Source of the DNA: an uncultured Chloroflexia bacterium
Lineage (GTDB): Bacteria; Chloroflexota; Dehalococcoidia; SM23-28-2; RBG-16-64-32
Assembly: GCA_963717065.1 (NCBI GenBank)
Contig: CAVQVC010000001.1
Coordinates: forward strand, 2,134,978 to 2,198,977
DNA: 64,000 bases
Direction of reading: 5' to 3'
Part shown: positions 56,311 through 64,000 of the stretch, one piece after another
Position numbering within the stretch: position 1 is the stretch's first letter
Layout of the letters: every line of letters begins with the position of its first letter
The notes under the pieces: model-generated
Told to the model about the DNA's origin: nothing
The model's input: the letters and a program-made list of their open reading frames with translations, nothing else
Database searches by the model: none
Translations under genes and position numbers: made by a program

Positions 56311-56889
56311 CTACGCCAACGCGCCTTCGCCCAGAATCCGCCGAACGGACTTGAGGGCCCGGAACTCCAGCGCCTTTATGGCGTTTTCCCTCTTACCCAT
56401 GAGCGCAGCAGTCTCCGCCAGGCTCAGGCCTTCCACGAAGCGGCAGACCAGCACCTGCTGCTGCTCCACCGTCAGCTTCTTGAAGGCCGAGGCCACGGAC
56501 TGCCACCTCGCCACGCTCTCCGCCTCGTCCCGAGGATCGGCCACCCGGTCGCCTTCGTCGCCGAGGGGCTCGGTGCGCGTGCGGCTGCGCGCTCGCAAAA
56601 CGTCTGACATCAGGTTGTGGGCGATCTGGAAGAGCCACGAGATCAGCGGGATCCCCCGGTAAGTGAACCGCCGGATGCTCTTCCAGGCCTCGAGGAACGT
56701 GTCCGCCGTGATATCCTCGGCCAGCGCCCGCTCCCCGATGCGGCTGAACACGAAAACGTACACGCGGTGATAATTGCGCTCGAAGATCTCATCCCAGGCC
56801 GCGCGGTCAGACATCTGCGCGCGGTGGATCAGCAGCTGCTCCTCATTTGGCTCTGCTGTTGTAGCGATAGCGTTGGAAACGCCCATCAA
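56311..56889 (-). CDS. ECF-type RNA polymerase sigma factor (set C)
   Basis: 192-aa ORF with WDEIFERNYHRVYVFVFSRIGERALAEDITADTFLEAW (region 2) and LSLAETAALMGKRENAIKALEFRA (region 4). Confidence 0.85.
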   Translation of the reverse strand: MMGVSNAIATTAEPNEEQLLIHRAQMSDRAAWDEIFERNYHRVYVFVFSRIGERALAEDITADTFLEAWKSIRRFTYRGIPLISWLFQIAHNLMSDVLRARSRTRTEPLGDEGDRVADPRDEAESVARWQSVASAFKKLTVEQQQVLVCRFVEGLSLAETAALMGKRENAIKALEFRALKSVRRILGEGALA

Positions 56890-57020
56890 CTTTCACTCCT
56901 CCGCTATGAGGGATATCCGACTAATAAGAGGAAAAGTTATGGGCACCCGTTGCGCTTAACCCAACCTGAACAAATAAGGGGCGCGAAACCCCCCTGGGAA
57001 GTCCTTTGGCGGTTGCGCAG

Positions 57021-57840
57021 CTACTGCTGGCACTCGCGGCAGAAGCCGGTCTCCCGCCCGCCCGTGCGTGATCGAGGTGATCCTGTGCCCGTCGCGCGGG
57101 CAGGTGGCGCCCTCGGGACGGGCGTGGACGCGGAGGTGGTCTCGGTACATCTTGGCAGGCAGCCCCTCGTCCTCCGTCCGCTGCGTGACGATCGGCGTCG
57201 CCCACTCCATCACGCGCCGGATCGAGCGGAAGAGCTCGGCGATGCCCTCGGGCGGGATGTCGGTGCGTTTGCGAAAGGGGTGCAGACGAGCCTCCCAGAG
57301 CACTTCGTCGGCGTAGGCGTTGCCGATGCCCGCGACGACGCTCTCGGTCGTGATGATGTTCTTGATCATGCCGCTCTTCTTGCTGATCCGCTGGACGAAC
57401 GTCTCCTCGGTCAGTTCCGGGTCCATTACGTCGGGGCCCATCTCCTTCCAGCGGGCGATCTTCTCCCCGAACTCCTTCTCGCGCACCAGATAGGTGCGGC
57501 CCATGCGCCGCTGGTCGAAGTAGCGCAGCTCCACGCCGTTGTCGAGGCGCAGAAGCCAGGCCAGCATCGCGGGTCGTTTCGTCTTCGGCTCCGCGTATTG
57601 GTAGCGGCCGGTCAGCATGGCGTGCACCACGAGGTAGTCGCCGCCCTGGAAGGGGTAGAACAGCATTTTTGCGACGCGCTTCACCGGCTCGAACACCTGT
57701 CCCTTCATCCGCTCGGTGAAGACATCGCCGCCGGCGCGGATCATCCAGGAGATCGGGGCCTCCGCCTCGACGACGGTGAGCCCGGGCAGGCGCTTGTTGA
57801 AGTAGGTGGCGTAGGCTTCCAGGTCGGGGATTTCAGGCAT
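57021..57840 (-). pseudogene. mutM: Formamidopyrimidine-DNA glycosylase (Fpg/Nei family), frameshift in the zinc-finger region (about 57060)
   Basis: MPEIPDLEAY (Pro2 nucleophile), H2TH region IGNAYADEVLWEARLHP and ..CPRDGHRITSITH are in frame. Then GGRETGFCRECQQ* follows in another frame. The span is 820 nt. Confidence 0.8.
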
Positions 57841-57858
57841 TGTTGCGGGTGATGTGTG

Positions 57859-58711
57859 TCAGGTGCCAGGTGTTAGTACTTCGCGGTAGCGTGGATAGGA
57901 CCCCAGCACGCGGAAGAACGAGCAGCGCGCCTCGATGGCGGCGAGCGCCTCCGCGAGAACCGGTTCGCTGCGGTGCCCGTCGACGTCCATCAGGAATATG
58001 TACGTCGCCCAGTTTTTCCTTGCTCGGCCGCGACTCGATCTTCGAAAGGTTGATGCTGCGCTCGCTAAACTCCTGGAGCGACCCTACGAGCAGACCCGGG
58101 CGGTCCTCAACCACAAACGCCAGGGCTATCGAGGTCCGGTCATCTCCCGTCGGCTCGCTGTCCTGCCGACTCAAGACGACGAAGCGCGTGACGTTGGGGT
58201 TGCGGTCCTGGATGCCTTTGGCCAGCACCTCGGCGCCGTAGATTTCGGCGGCGCGGCGGGTGCCGATGGCAGCGGCGTCTTCGTGGGCCATCATCTCCTC
58301 GACGGCAGCGGAGTTGGAAAGCGCCGCCTCGACCGTGGCCTTCGGGAAGCAGCGCTCGACGAAGCCGCGGCACTGGCCGAGCGCCTGTGGGTGTGCGAAG
58401 ACGGTCTTCACGGCCTCCGCTCTGGTGCCCGGGCGAGTGAGGAGATAGTGGTCGATGGGCAGGATCAACTCCCGCCGAATAGATAGGGGACGCGGCGAGT
58501 GGACGAGCAGATCGAGCGTCTCCGGGACAGATCCTTCGAGGCTGTTCTCGATCGGAACGATGGCTTCGTCGGCCATGCCCGACTCGACTGCGGAAAAGGC
58601 GGCGGTGACAGTGGCCATGGGGACGGCCTGAGCGTCGGGCGCGTACTTGAGCGCCGCCTCCTCGCTGAAGGTGCCGGGCGGGCCGAGGAAGGCCAGGCGC
58701 AGAGCGGTCAT
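57859..58711 (-). pseudogene. pheA: Prephenate dehydratase, frameshift in the ACT domain (about 58005)
   Basis: LRLAFLGPPGTFSEEAA..TRFVVLSRQ..DRTSIALAFVVEDRPGLLVGSLQEFSERSINLSKIESRPSKEKLG is followed by TYIFLMDVDGHRSEPVLAEALAAIEARCSFFRVLGSYPRYREVLTPGT* in another frame. The span is 853 nt. Confidence 0.85.
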
Positions 58712-58761
58712 CAGGCCGCTATGATACTACGAGCCATGCGGAGTAGGGTGCACCATCTCAT

Positions 58762-61700
58762 CTAGGCCCACTCCACAGCCCAGATCTCGTGCTTACCCGA
58801 TAGCCCCTTGAGTTCCACCGTTCTGGACTCGCCCCAGGAAACGTCAGAACCGGCCACCAGCGCCTTCACCACGCTCGAAGACAGGATCTCACCACCGTGT
58901 GCCTGCGAGGCGACACGCGCCGCCATGATGACGTTGCGTCCGAAGAAATCTTCGCCTTCCTTAATCACCTCGCCAGCGTGGAGACCCACCCTCACTTGCA
59001 CCGGCTCCTCGGCGCTGCCGTTTCGCGCGACCAGTGAATTCTGAATCGCAGATGCGCAGGCGAGCGCCTTCGCGGCCGACTGGAAGGCGACCATGAACCC
59101 GTCACCCTCGCTCTTCACCTCGAAGCCGGCGTTGGCCTTGATCTGCTCGCGGACGATCGCGTTGTGCTCCCTCAGAACCTCCATGAACTTCGCGTCCCCC
59201 AGGCGGTCGGCCATCGCGGTGGATCCCTCGATGTCGCTGAACATTATCGTGACGGTGCCATCCGGTGCCGCGTGGGGCTTGAGATCCGGCTGCTCAGCCA
59301 GCGCCTCTCGCGCCACGGTGTCGATGGAAGTCCCGATATCGCTGAGATCAATCCCCTGCGCCTTTACCTTCAGCTTGAGTGCCTGCTCGACGTCCCATTT
59401 CATCCCGATCTCCTGGAAGATGTCGAGCGCTTCCGAGAGTAGGCGGATCGCGCGCTCCTTGTCGCCGGGTCCGCCGCGGGCGAGCAGCATTCGGGCGTGG
59501 TCAGACTGCGTTCGCCCGACATAGGGTCGCGCACCGATGCGCGTGTTCATCTCCAGCGCCTCCTGGAACAACTCCTCAGCCTCATCCCAGCGTTCGAGCG
59601 TGGCGGCGAGCATGCCCAGCGGCCGCGCTGCCGAGCCGTCACATATGATCCCGTTGCCAATAACGATGTTCCGGTGGCGGTAAGGCGCAAGCATCTCGTG
59701 CAGTGTGGCCGCCCGCGCTCTATCCCCGAAGAACTCAGCGATGGTGGCCAGACGGTTCATCGCAGTCGCCCATCCAAAGTCCTGGGGCACGGCAGTGAAA
59801 TTCTCGGCTGCCAGTCGCTCAAAGATTTCCAGGCACTCCGCTTCCCGACCGGAGACGAGGTAACAGAGCGACAGGGCGGGCAACCAGGCGGCGATTTCCG
59901 GATTCTCATCTACCACGCGCTTGATCATCGGCTCCATGTCGCCCGCACGGCCCTGCTGTAGACGGATGTTGAACAGTTGCACCGCGAACGCCTGTAGTCC
60001 GAACTGAATCTGCTGGCGCTGCGAGTGCGCGAATGCCCGCTGGGATTCCTGCTCACCGTCGGCGAGCCGGCCGGACATGATGTGCCTCATCGCCGCCCAG
60101 AACGGCTTGTAGCCGAGGTAGAACATCTCACGGACCTCTTCGGCCAGTTGCACAACCCTCGCGATCGCCTCGTCGGCCTCCTCAATATCACCAAGTTCAA
60201 GCGAGTTGGTGACAATCGCGTCAAGCGACGCGATCTGTAACCTCTTGTCGCCGGACTGTTCTGCCAGACGGGCAAGATCTCTGGCGATGCTAGCGCGCTC
60301 TTCAGTATTTTGTGGCCCTCCGAGGAGGAACAAGAGAGCTGATAGCGCCTCACCCTCCATCTGCGGCTCGCCAAGCCGCCGTGCCATTTCAGCCGATTCG
60401 CGGCCTGCCTCGATGAATTCCGCCCAGTCCGCTCCAGGAGTACTTCGCCGCGCCAGGGCAGTGAGCAGCCTGCAACGCAACCCGCTGTCCCCTTCTTCGA
60501 CGATCGCCAGGGCGTGCTCCACCTCCGTCCTTCCCTCGCCTGTCATTTGAACAGAACCGCGAGTGGCGGCGTTTGCATACGTCAGAGCCATTTCACCAAT
60601 CAGCTCCGGGTCTGCGAGATCCTTGGCGAGCGACACCCCGGGTCGCAGGTTATCAAGTGCCCGGTCTGCTTCACCCGCCCTCACCAGAGACCACGCTTGC
60701 AACATGAGTAGATCGCAACGGAGCCCGCCGTCTGGCTGCGCTCGCAGGTCGAGCGCCTGGAGGGCAAGCGTATATTGCTCCGCCGCTTCTTCGTGCGCTA
60801 GCTGCGCCGTCGCCCGGTCTCCCGCGCGCCGCGCATAACCTATCGCCTTGTCGACATCGCCTCCGGGGGCGGCCTGGAAGAAGTGGTGCGCAAGCTCGGC
60901 CAGGTGCGGATCTTCGTTGTCGGCGTACAGCCGTTCCAGCGCCTCGCCGATCTGCCGGTGCATCAATACGCGCCGCGGCGTGCTCAGCTCGTCGTACAGC
61001 GTCTGCCGGATCAGGGCGTGGGTGAAGTCGTAAATCCCGGCCTGGTCGCCCTTGCGCTCCTGGAGCAGCTGCGCCCCCAGCGCCTCATCGAGCAGGTCGA
61101 GGAGCTTTGCCTCGTGGACGTCGCTCACCGCCTTCAAAACGTCCCACGTGAAGCCGCCGGTTATCGTGGACACAACTGTGAGGATGCGGTTGCATTCGTC
61201 GCTAAGCCGGGAGAGGCGCCTTCCGATTACCTCGCGCACCCCTTCCGGGATGCCAAGTTCGGAGATGTCGGTAATGCCGCCCGCGGTCCAGCGCCCGTTC
61301 TCGTCGCGGAACAGCCTGCCTTCTTCCACCAGGTGGCTGAGCACCTCGCGCACGAAGAAGGGGTTGCCCTCTGTCTCGCGGGAGAGGGCGGCGGCAAGCA
61401 ACCGCCTTCCCGCCTCGGTCTGCTCGTCCGTCTCTTGCTCCGAGACCGCTCCGAGCAGCGCGACGATGTCATCGACCGGCAGGCCGCGCAGGAGGACGCG
61501 GTGGTACACGGGTTCCCGCCTGAGGGTTGAGAGCACCTCCGCCAACGGGTGTGTTCGCTCCAGTTCGACGTCACGGTAGGCGCCAAGGATCAGCACGCGG
61601 TCGCTTCGCAGGCCGCGTACGAGGTACTGCAGCAGCAGCAACGACGGCTTGTCGGCCCAGTGCAGGTCGTCGAGGACAAGCACGATCGGGTTAGCCGCCG

Positions 61701-63297
61701 CCGCGTTCCGCAGGAACTCGGTGACACTCTGGAACAGGCGATGGCGCTCGGCGTCCCCTTCCAGCGGTGGTGACTGGGGAATGTCGGGGAAGCGCTGGCG
61801 GATCTCGGAGACGAGGGTCGCCACTTCGGGCGCGCCCTGGCCCAGCTCGCCTCGTACAGTGTCGTCCGGGCGGCCGCGAGTGTACTCGCGGAACGCTTCG
61901 ACGAACGGCAGATAGGGGACTCCGACGTCGCCTTCGTAGCAGTGCCCGGTGATCACCTGCGCACCCCTGAGGCCCGCGTAGACGCCGAACTCCTGCGCCA
62001 ACCGCGTCTTGCCGATCCCAGGCTCCCCCACGAGCATCAGCAGCGCGCAGCGGCCCGAAAGCGCGCCGTCCAGCGCCGTCTTCATCTGTCCCATCTCCTC
62101 CCGCCGGCCAACGAAGCTCCCCCATGCCACACCCTGCAGGTCTGCAGCTGCGTTAGCCGCGGCCGGCGCCTCGCTAGCGATGGACATCTGGCTCGCACTC
62201 TCTCGTATCCGGCGCAGCTCGACTCCTACGGACGCAGCGTCGGCGGGACGGTCGTCCGGTGCCTTGGCGAGGAGGCGCGTAATCAGCGTCTCGAGGCCGC
62301 GAGGGACGGAGGGCGCGTGGTAGCTGGGCGCGACGGGGGCTGTGTTGATATGCTGCGAAATCACGGCGACGGCGTCCTCGCCTAAGAACGGCGGGCGTCC
62401 GGTCACCATTTCGTAGAGGATGCACCCTAGCGAGTAGAGGTCGCTGCGCGCGTCGGCCGCTCGGCCGAGGGCCTGTTCCGGTGGCATGTAGCCAACGGTG
62501 CCCACCATCATTCCCTGGAGGGTGAGTCGGCTGCGGTCCAGCGCCACGGCCAACCCGAAGTCGCCGATCTTGGCCGTGCCGTCTTCAGTCAGCCAGATGT
62601 TCCCCGGCTTCAAGTCGCGGTGGACGATCCCCCGCGAGTGAGCGTGGTCCAGGCCGTCGCAGATCTGTTCGGCGACGCGTATTGCGTCTTCGCTGGGCAT
62701 CTGTCGATTCGTCTCTGAGCTCAGCATCCCGTCGAGGTCGCCGCCGCCCATGTACTGCGAGACGATGTACGGCTGATTGCCGTCGTCGCCGATGTCAAAC
62801 ACGGTGACGATGTTCGGGTGGTCGCCCAGCCTCCCCATCGCCTGCGCCTCGCGCTTCACGCGCGAGAGGCCTGCTTCGTCCAGGCCGTCTGTCTTGATCG
62901 CTGCGACCGCCACCTCGCGGTCCAATTTCGAGTCGTGCGCGAGGTAGACGCGTTTGCGCCCGCCTTCTCCTAGGAAGTCCTTCACAGCGTAGCGGCCTTC
63001 GGCGAACGACGCCGGAAGCGCCGGTGAGGGTGCCAGCGTTGGCGTAGGGGTGTCCCTTCCGGGAAGGACGGCGCCCTCCGTGATGACGGGCGTCGTGGTG
63101 GCTTCGGTCATGGGCTTGCCGCAGTCGCCGCAGAAGCGCTCGCCCGGTTCGTTGGCAGCGCCGCATGACGGACAGGCGGACGCAAGCGAGCCGCCGCACT
63201 GAGCGCAGAAGCGCCTCCCCTCGCGGTTTTCCTCGCCACAGGCATTACAGCGCAACTGCGTTCCCCCAGTCTGGTGCCATGGTGACCAAATGGTCAC
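58762..63297 (-). CDS. Multidomain signalling protein: double zinc-ribbon + Ser/Thr protein kinase + AAA/STAND ATPase + TPR-like helical repeats + class III adenylate/guanylate cyclase
   Basis: 1511-aa intact ORF. Zinc ribbons CNACG..CAQCG..CPSCG..CGDCG. Kinase VAVAAIK, HRDLKPGNIWL, DFGLA, GTVGYMPPE. P-loop LVGEPGIGKTRL and LVLDDLHWAD. Long helical repeat region. Cyclase VTIMFSDIEGST..GDGFMVAF..VRVGLHAGEV..FFGRNVIMAARVASQAHGGEIL. Confidence 0.9.
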   Translation of the reverse strand: MTIWSPWHQTGGTQLRCNACGEENREGRRFCAQCGGSLASACPSCGAANEPGERFCGDCGKPMTEATTTPVITEGAVLPGRDTPTPTLAPSPALPASFAEGRYAVKDFLGEGGRKRVYLAHDSKLDREVAVAAIKTDGLDEAGLSRVKREAQAMGRLGDHPNIVTVFDIGDDGNQPYIVSQYMGGGDLDGMLSSETNRQMPSEDAIRVAEQICDGLDHAHSRGIVHRDLKPGNIWLTEDGTAKIGDFGLAVALDRSRLTLQGMMVGTVGYMPPEQALGRAADARSDLYSLGCILYEMVTGRPPFLGEDAVAVISQHINTAPVAPSYHAPSVPRGLETLITRLLAKAPDDRPADAASVGVELRRIRESASQMSIASEAPAAANAAADLQGVAWGSFVGRREEMGQMKTALDGALSGRCALLMLVGEPGIGKTRLAQEFGVYAGLRGAQVITGHCYEGDVGVPYLPFVEAFREYTRGRPDDTVRGELGQGAPEVATLVSEIRQRFPDIPQSPPLEGDAERHRLFQSVTEFLRNAAAANPIVLVLDDLHWADKPSLLLLQYLVRGLRSDRVLILGAYRDVELERTHPLAEVLSTLRREPVYHRVLLRGLPVDDIVALLGAVSEQETDEQTEAGRRLLAAALSRETEGNPFFVREVLSHLVEEGRLFRDENGRWTAGGITDISELGIPEGVREVIGRRLSRLSDECNRILTVVSTITGGFTWDVLKAVSDVHEAKLLDLLDEALGAQLLQERKGDQAGIYDFTHALIRQTLYDELSTPRRVLMHRQIGEALERLYADNEDPHLAELAHHFFQAAPGGDVDKAIGYARRAGDRATAQLAHEEAAEQYTLALQALDLRAQPDGGLRCDLLMLQAWSLVRAGEADRALDNLRPGVSLAKDLADPELIGEMALTYANAATRGSVQMTGEGRTEVEHALAIVEEGDSGLRCRLLTALARRSTPGADWAEFIEAGRESAEMARRLGEPQMEGEALSALLFLLGGPQNTEERASIARDLARLAEQSGDKRLQIASLDAIVTNSLELGDIEEADEAIARVVQLAEEVREMFYLGYKPFWAAMRHIMSGRLADGEQESQRAFAHSQRQQIQFGLQAFAVQLFNIRLQQGRAGDMEPMIKRVVDENPEIAAWLPALSLCYLVSGREAECLEIFERLAAENFTAVPQDFGWATAMNRLATIAEFFGDRARAATLHEMLAPYRHRNIVIGNGIICDGSAARPLGMLAATLERWDEAEELFQEALEMNTRIGARPYVGRTQSDHARMLLARGGPGDKERAIRLLSEALDIFQEIGMKWDVEQALKLKVKAQGIDLSDIGTSIDTVAREALAEQPDLKPHAAPDGTVTIMFSDIEGSTAMADRLGDAKFMEVLREHNAIVREQIKANAGFEVKSEGDGFMVAFQSAAKALACASAIQNSLVARNGSAEEPVQVRVGLHAGEVIKEGEDFFGRNVIMAARVASQAHGGEILSSSVVKALVAGSDVSWGESRTVELKGLSGKHEIWAVEWA

Positions 63298-63396
63298 CTA
63301 GCGAGACGCGGGCTGTCAAGGAGCGGCGTATCGATGGAGGAACGACGTGTTGGATGGTGATCCGTCAGGACGGCGCCTGGCGTGTACAATCGCTGC

Positions 63397-64000
63397 GTGG
63401 CTACTCCAGCGGCCCGGGTGGAGACCGCCCTCATCCCCGCCGGAACCTTCACGATGGGAGACGATGAAGGCCGCCCGGACGAGCGCCCGGCACACTCCGT
63501 CACGCTGTCGGCCTTCCGCATGGCGGTCCTGCCGGTCACGAATCAGGAGTACGTCGCCTTCTTGGCCGCCGGCGGCAGGAATACACCTCGGTTCTGGGAC
63601 GATCCCGCGTTCAGCCACCCCCGCCAACCCGTCGTCGGTGTGAGCTGGTTCGAAGCGACGGCGTACTGCGAGTGGCTGAGCGAGGGCGCCGACCAGCCCT
63701 ACCGCCTGCCCACGGAGGCCGAGTGGGAGCGAGCGGCGCGGGGCGGCGTGGAAGGCGGCCAGTACCCCTGGGGCGAGGAGTCGTTCGACGGCTCGGGCGG
63801 GCGTTTCCGTCAGGACGCCACCTGGGAGGTCGGCCACGCGCCTCCCAACCCCTACGGCCTCATCGACATCGGCTTCAACATCCACGAGTGGTGCTCCGAC
63901 TGGTACGGTGCCGGCTACTATGCCGTCTCACCCGAACACGACCCGCAGGGGCCGCCCACCGGTGAGCGTCGCGCCTCGCGGGGCGGCGCCTGGCGTCACG
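63397..64000 (+). CDS. Formylglycine-generating enzyme (SUMF1/EgtB/PvdO) family protein, 3-prime partial at window end
   Basis: The GTG start gives VATPAARVETALIPAGTFTMGDDEGRPDERPAHSVTLSAFRMAVLPVTNQEYVAFL..PVVGVSWFEATAYCEWL..YRLPTEAEWERAARGG..NIHEWCSDWY..RGGAWRH. A TACAAT box (63385-63390) lies 6 nt upstream. Confidence 0.8.
   Translation, partial: MATPAARVETALIPAGTFTMGDDEGRPDERPAHSVTLSAFRMAVLPVTNQEYVAFLAAGGRNTPRFWDDPAFSHPRQPVVGVSWFEATAYCEWLSEGADQPYRLPTEAEWERAARGGVEGGQYPWGEESFDGSGGRFRQDATWEVGHAPPNPYGLIDIGFNIHEWCSDWYGAGYYAVSPEHDPQGPPTGERRASRGGAWRH

Noticed and set aside
54643-56607. Very long ORFs antisense to real genes. Examples are 54643-56607 (654 aa), 51057-52763 (568 aa), 36771-38354 (527 aa), 43322-44845 (507 aa), 26016-27194, 7784-8812, 6641-7669, 17756-18727 and 20327-21301.
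   Set aside because: They are Arg/Ala/Gly/Pro/His-rich, low-complexity shadow ORFs typical of high-GC DNA. Each fully overlaps a gene with strong motif evidence on the other strand, and none shows a recognisable domain.

Overview
GC-rich bacterial chromosomal segment. The gene content looks Chloroflexota- or Actinobacteria-like (F420-type PPOX, -10 boxes next to start codons, tRNA-tuf-rpmG-secE-nusG-rplKAJL order), but taxonomy cannot be proven from sequence alone. Housekeeping blocks: tRNA-Thr/Tyr/Thr + tuf-rpmG-secE-nusG-rplK-rplA-rplJ-rplL (16.4-21.7 kb, minus strand), ispD-ispF-cysE-cysS (23.6-27.1 kb), uppP, cvpA, radC, pyrE, lepB, dcd, mutM, pheA, and larB/larC. Accessory content: (1) Four paralogous secreted modular proteins in two tandem operons (0.06-4.4 kb and 50.2-53.3 kb). 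They share thrombospondin type-3 repeats and a ~165-aa Cys-containing C-terminal module that I cannot assign to a named family. One carries a PHM/DBH-like copper monooxygenase signature and two carry cohesin-like N-domains. Both operons sit behind near-perfect TTGACA-N16-TATAAT promoters. (2) Three ECF sigma/anti-sigma pairs within 12 kb. (3) A ydaO-type c-di-AMP riboswitch with an intrinsic terminator upstream of a VTT/DedA-like membrane protein. (4) A 1511-aa zinc-ribbon + Ser/Thr kinase + STAND ATPase + TPR + class III cyclase protein. (5) A TetR-P450 operon with tandem operator palindromes. (6) A truncated RAYT transposase with REP-like repeats. Caveat: the sequence carries many single-base frameshifts in clearly essential genes. 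I traced at least 19 in the 4.9-kb ribosomal/tuf operon, and more in larC, a C69 peptidase, ispD, ispF, an M28 peptidase, a YjbR-like gene, mutM and pheA. A 4.5-kb kinase gene and other long ORFs are intact. This fits uneven assembly or consensus quality better than real gene decay. Genes recovered from more than one frame are listed as pseudogene features spanning the whole reconstructed gene.
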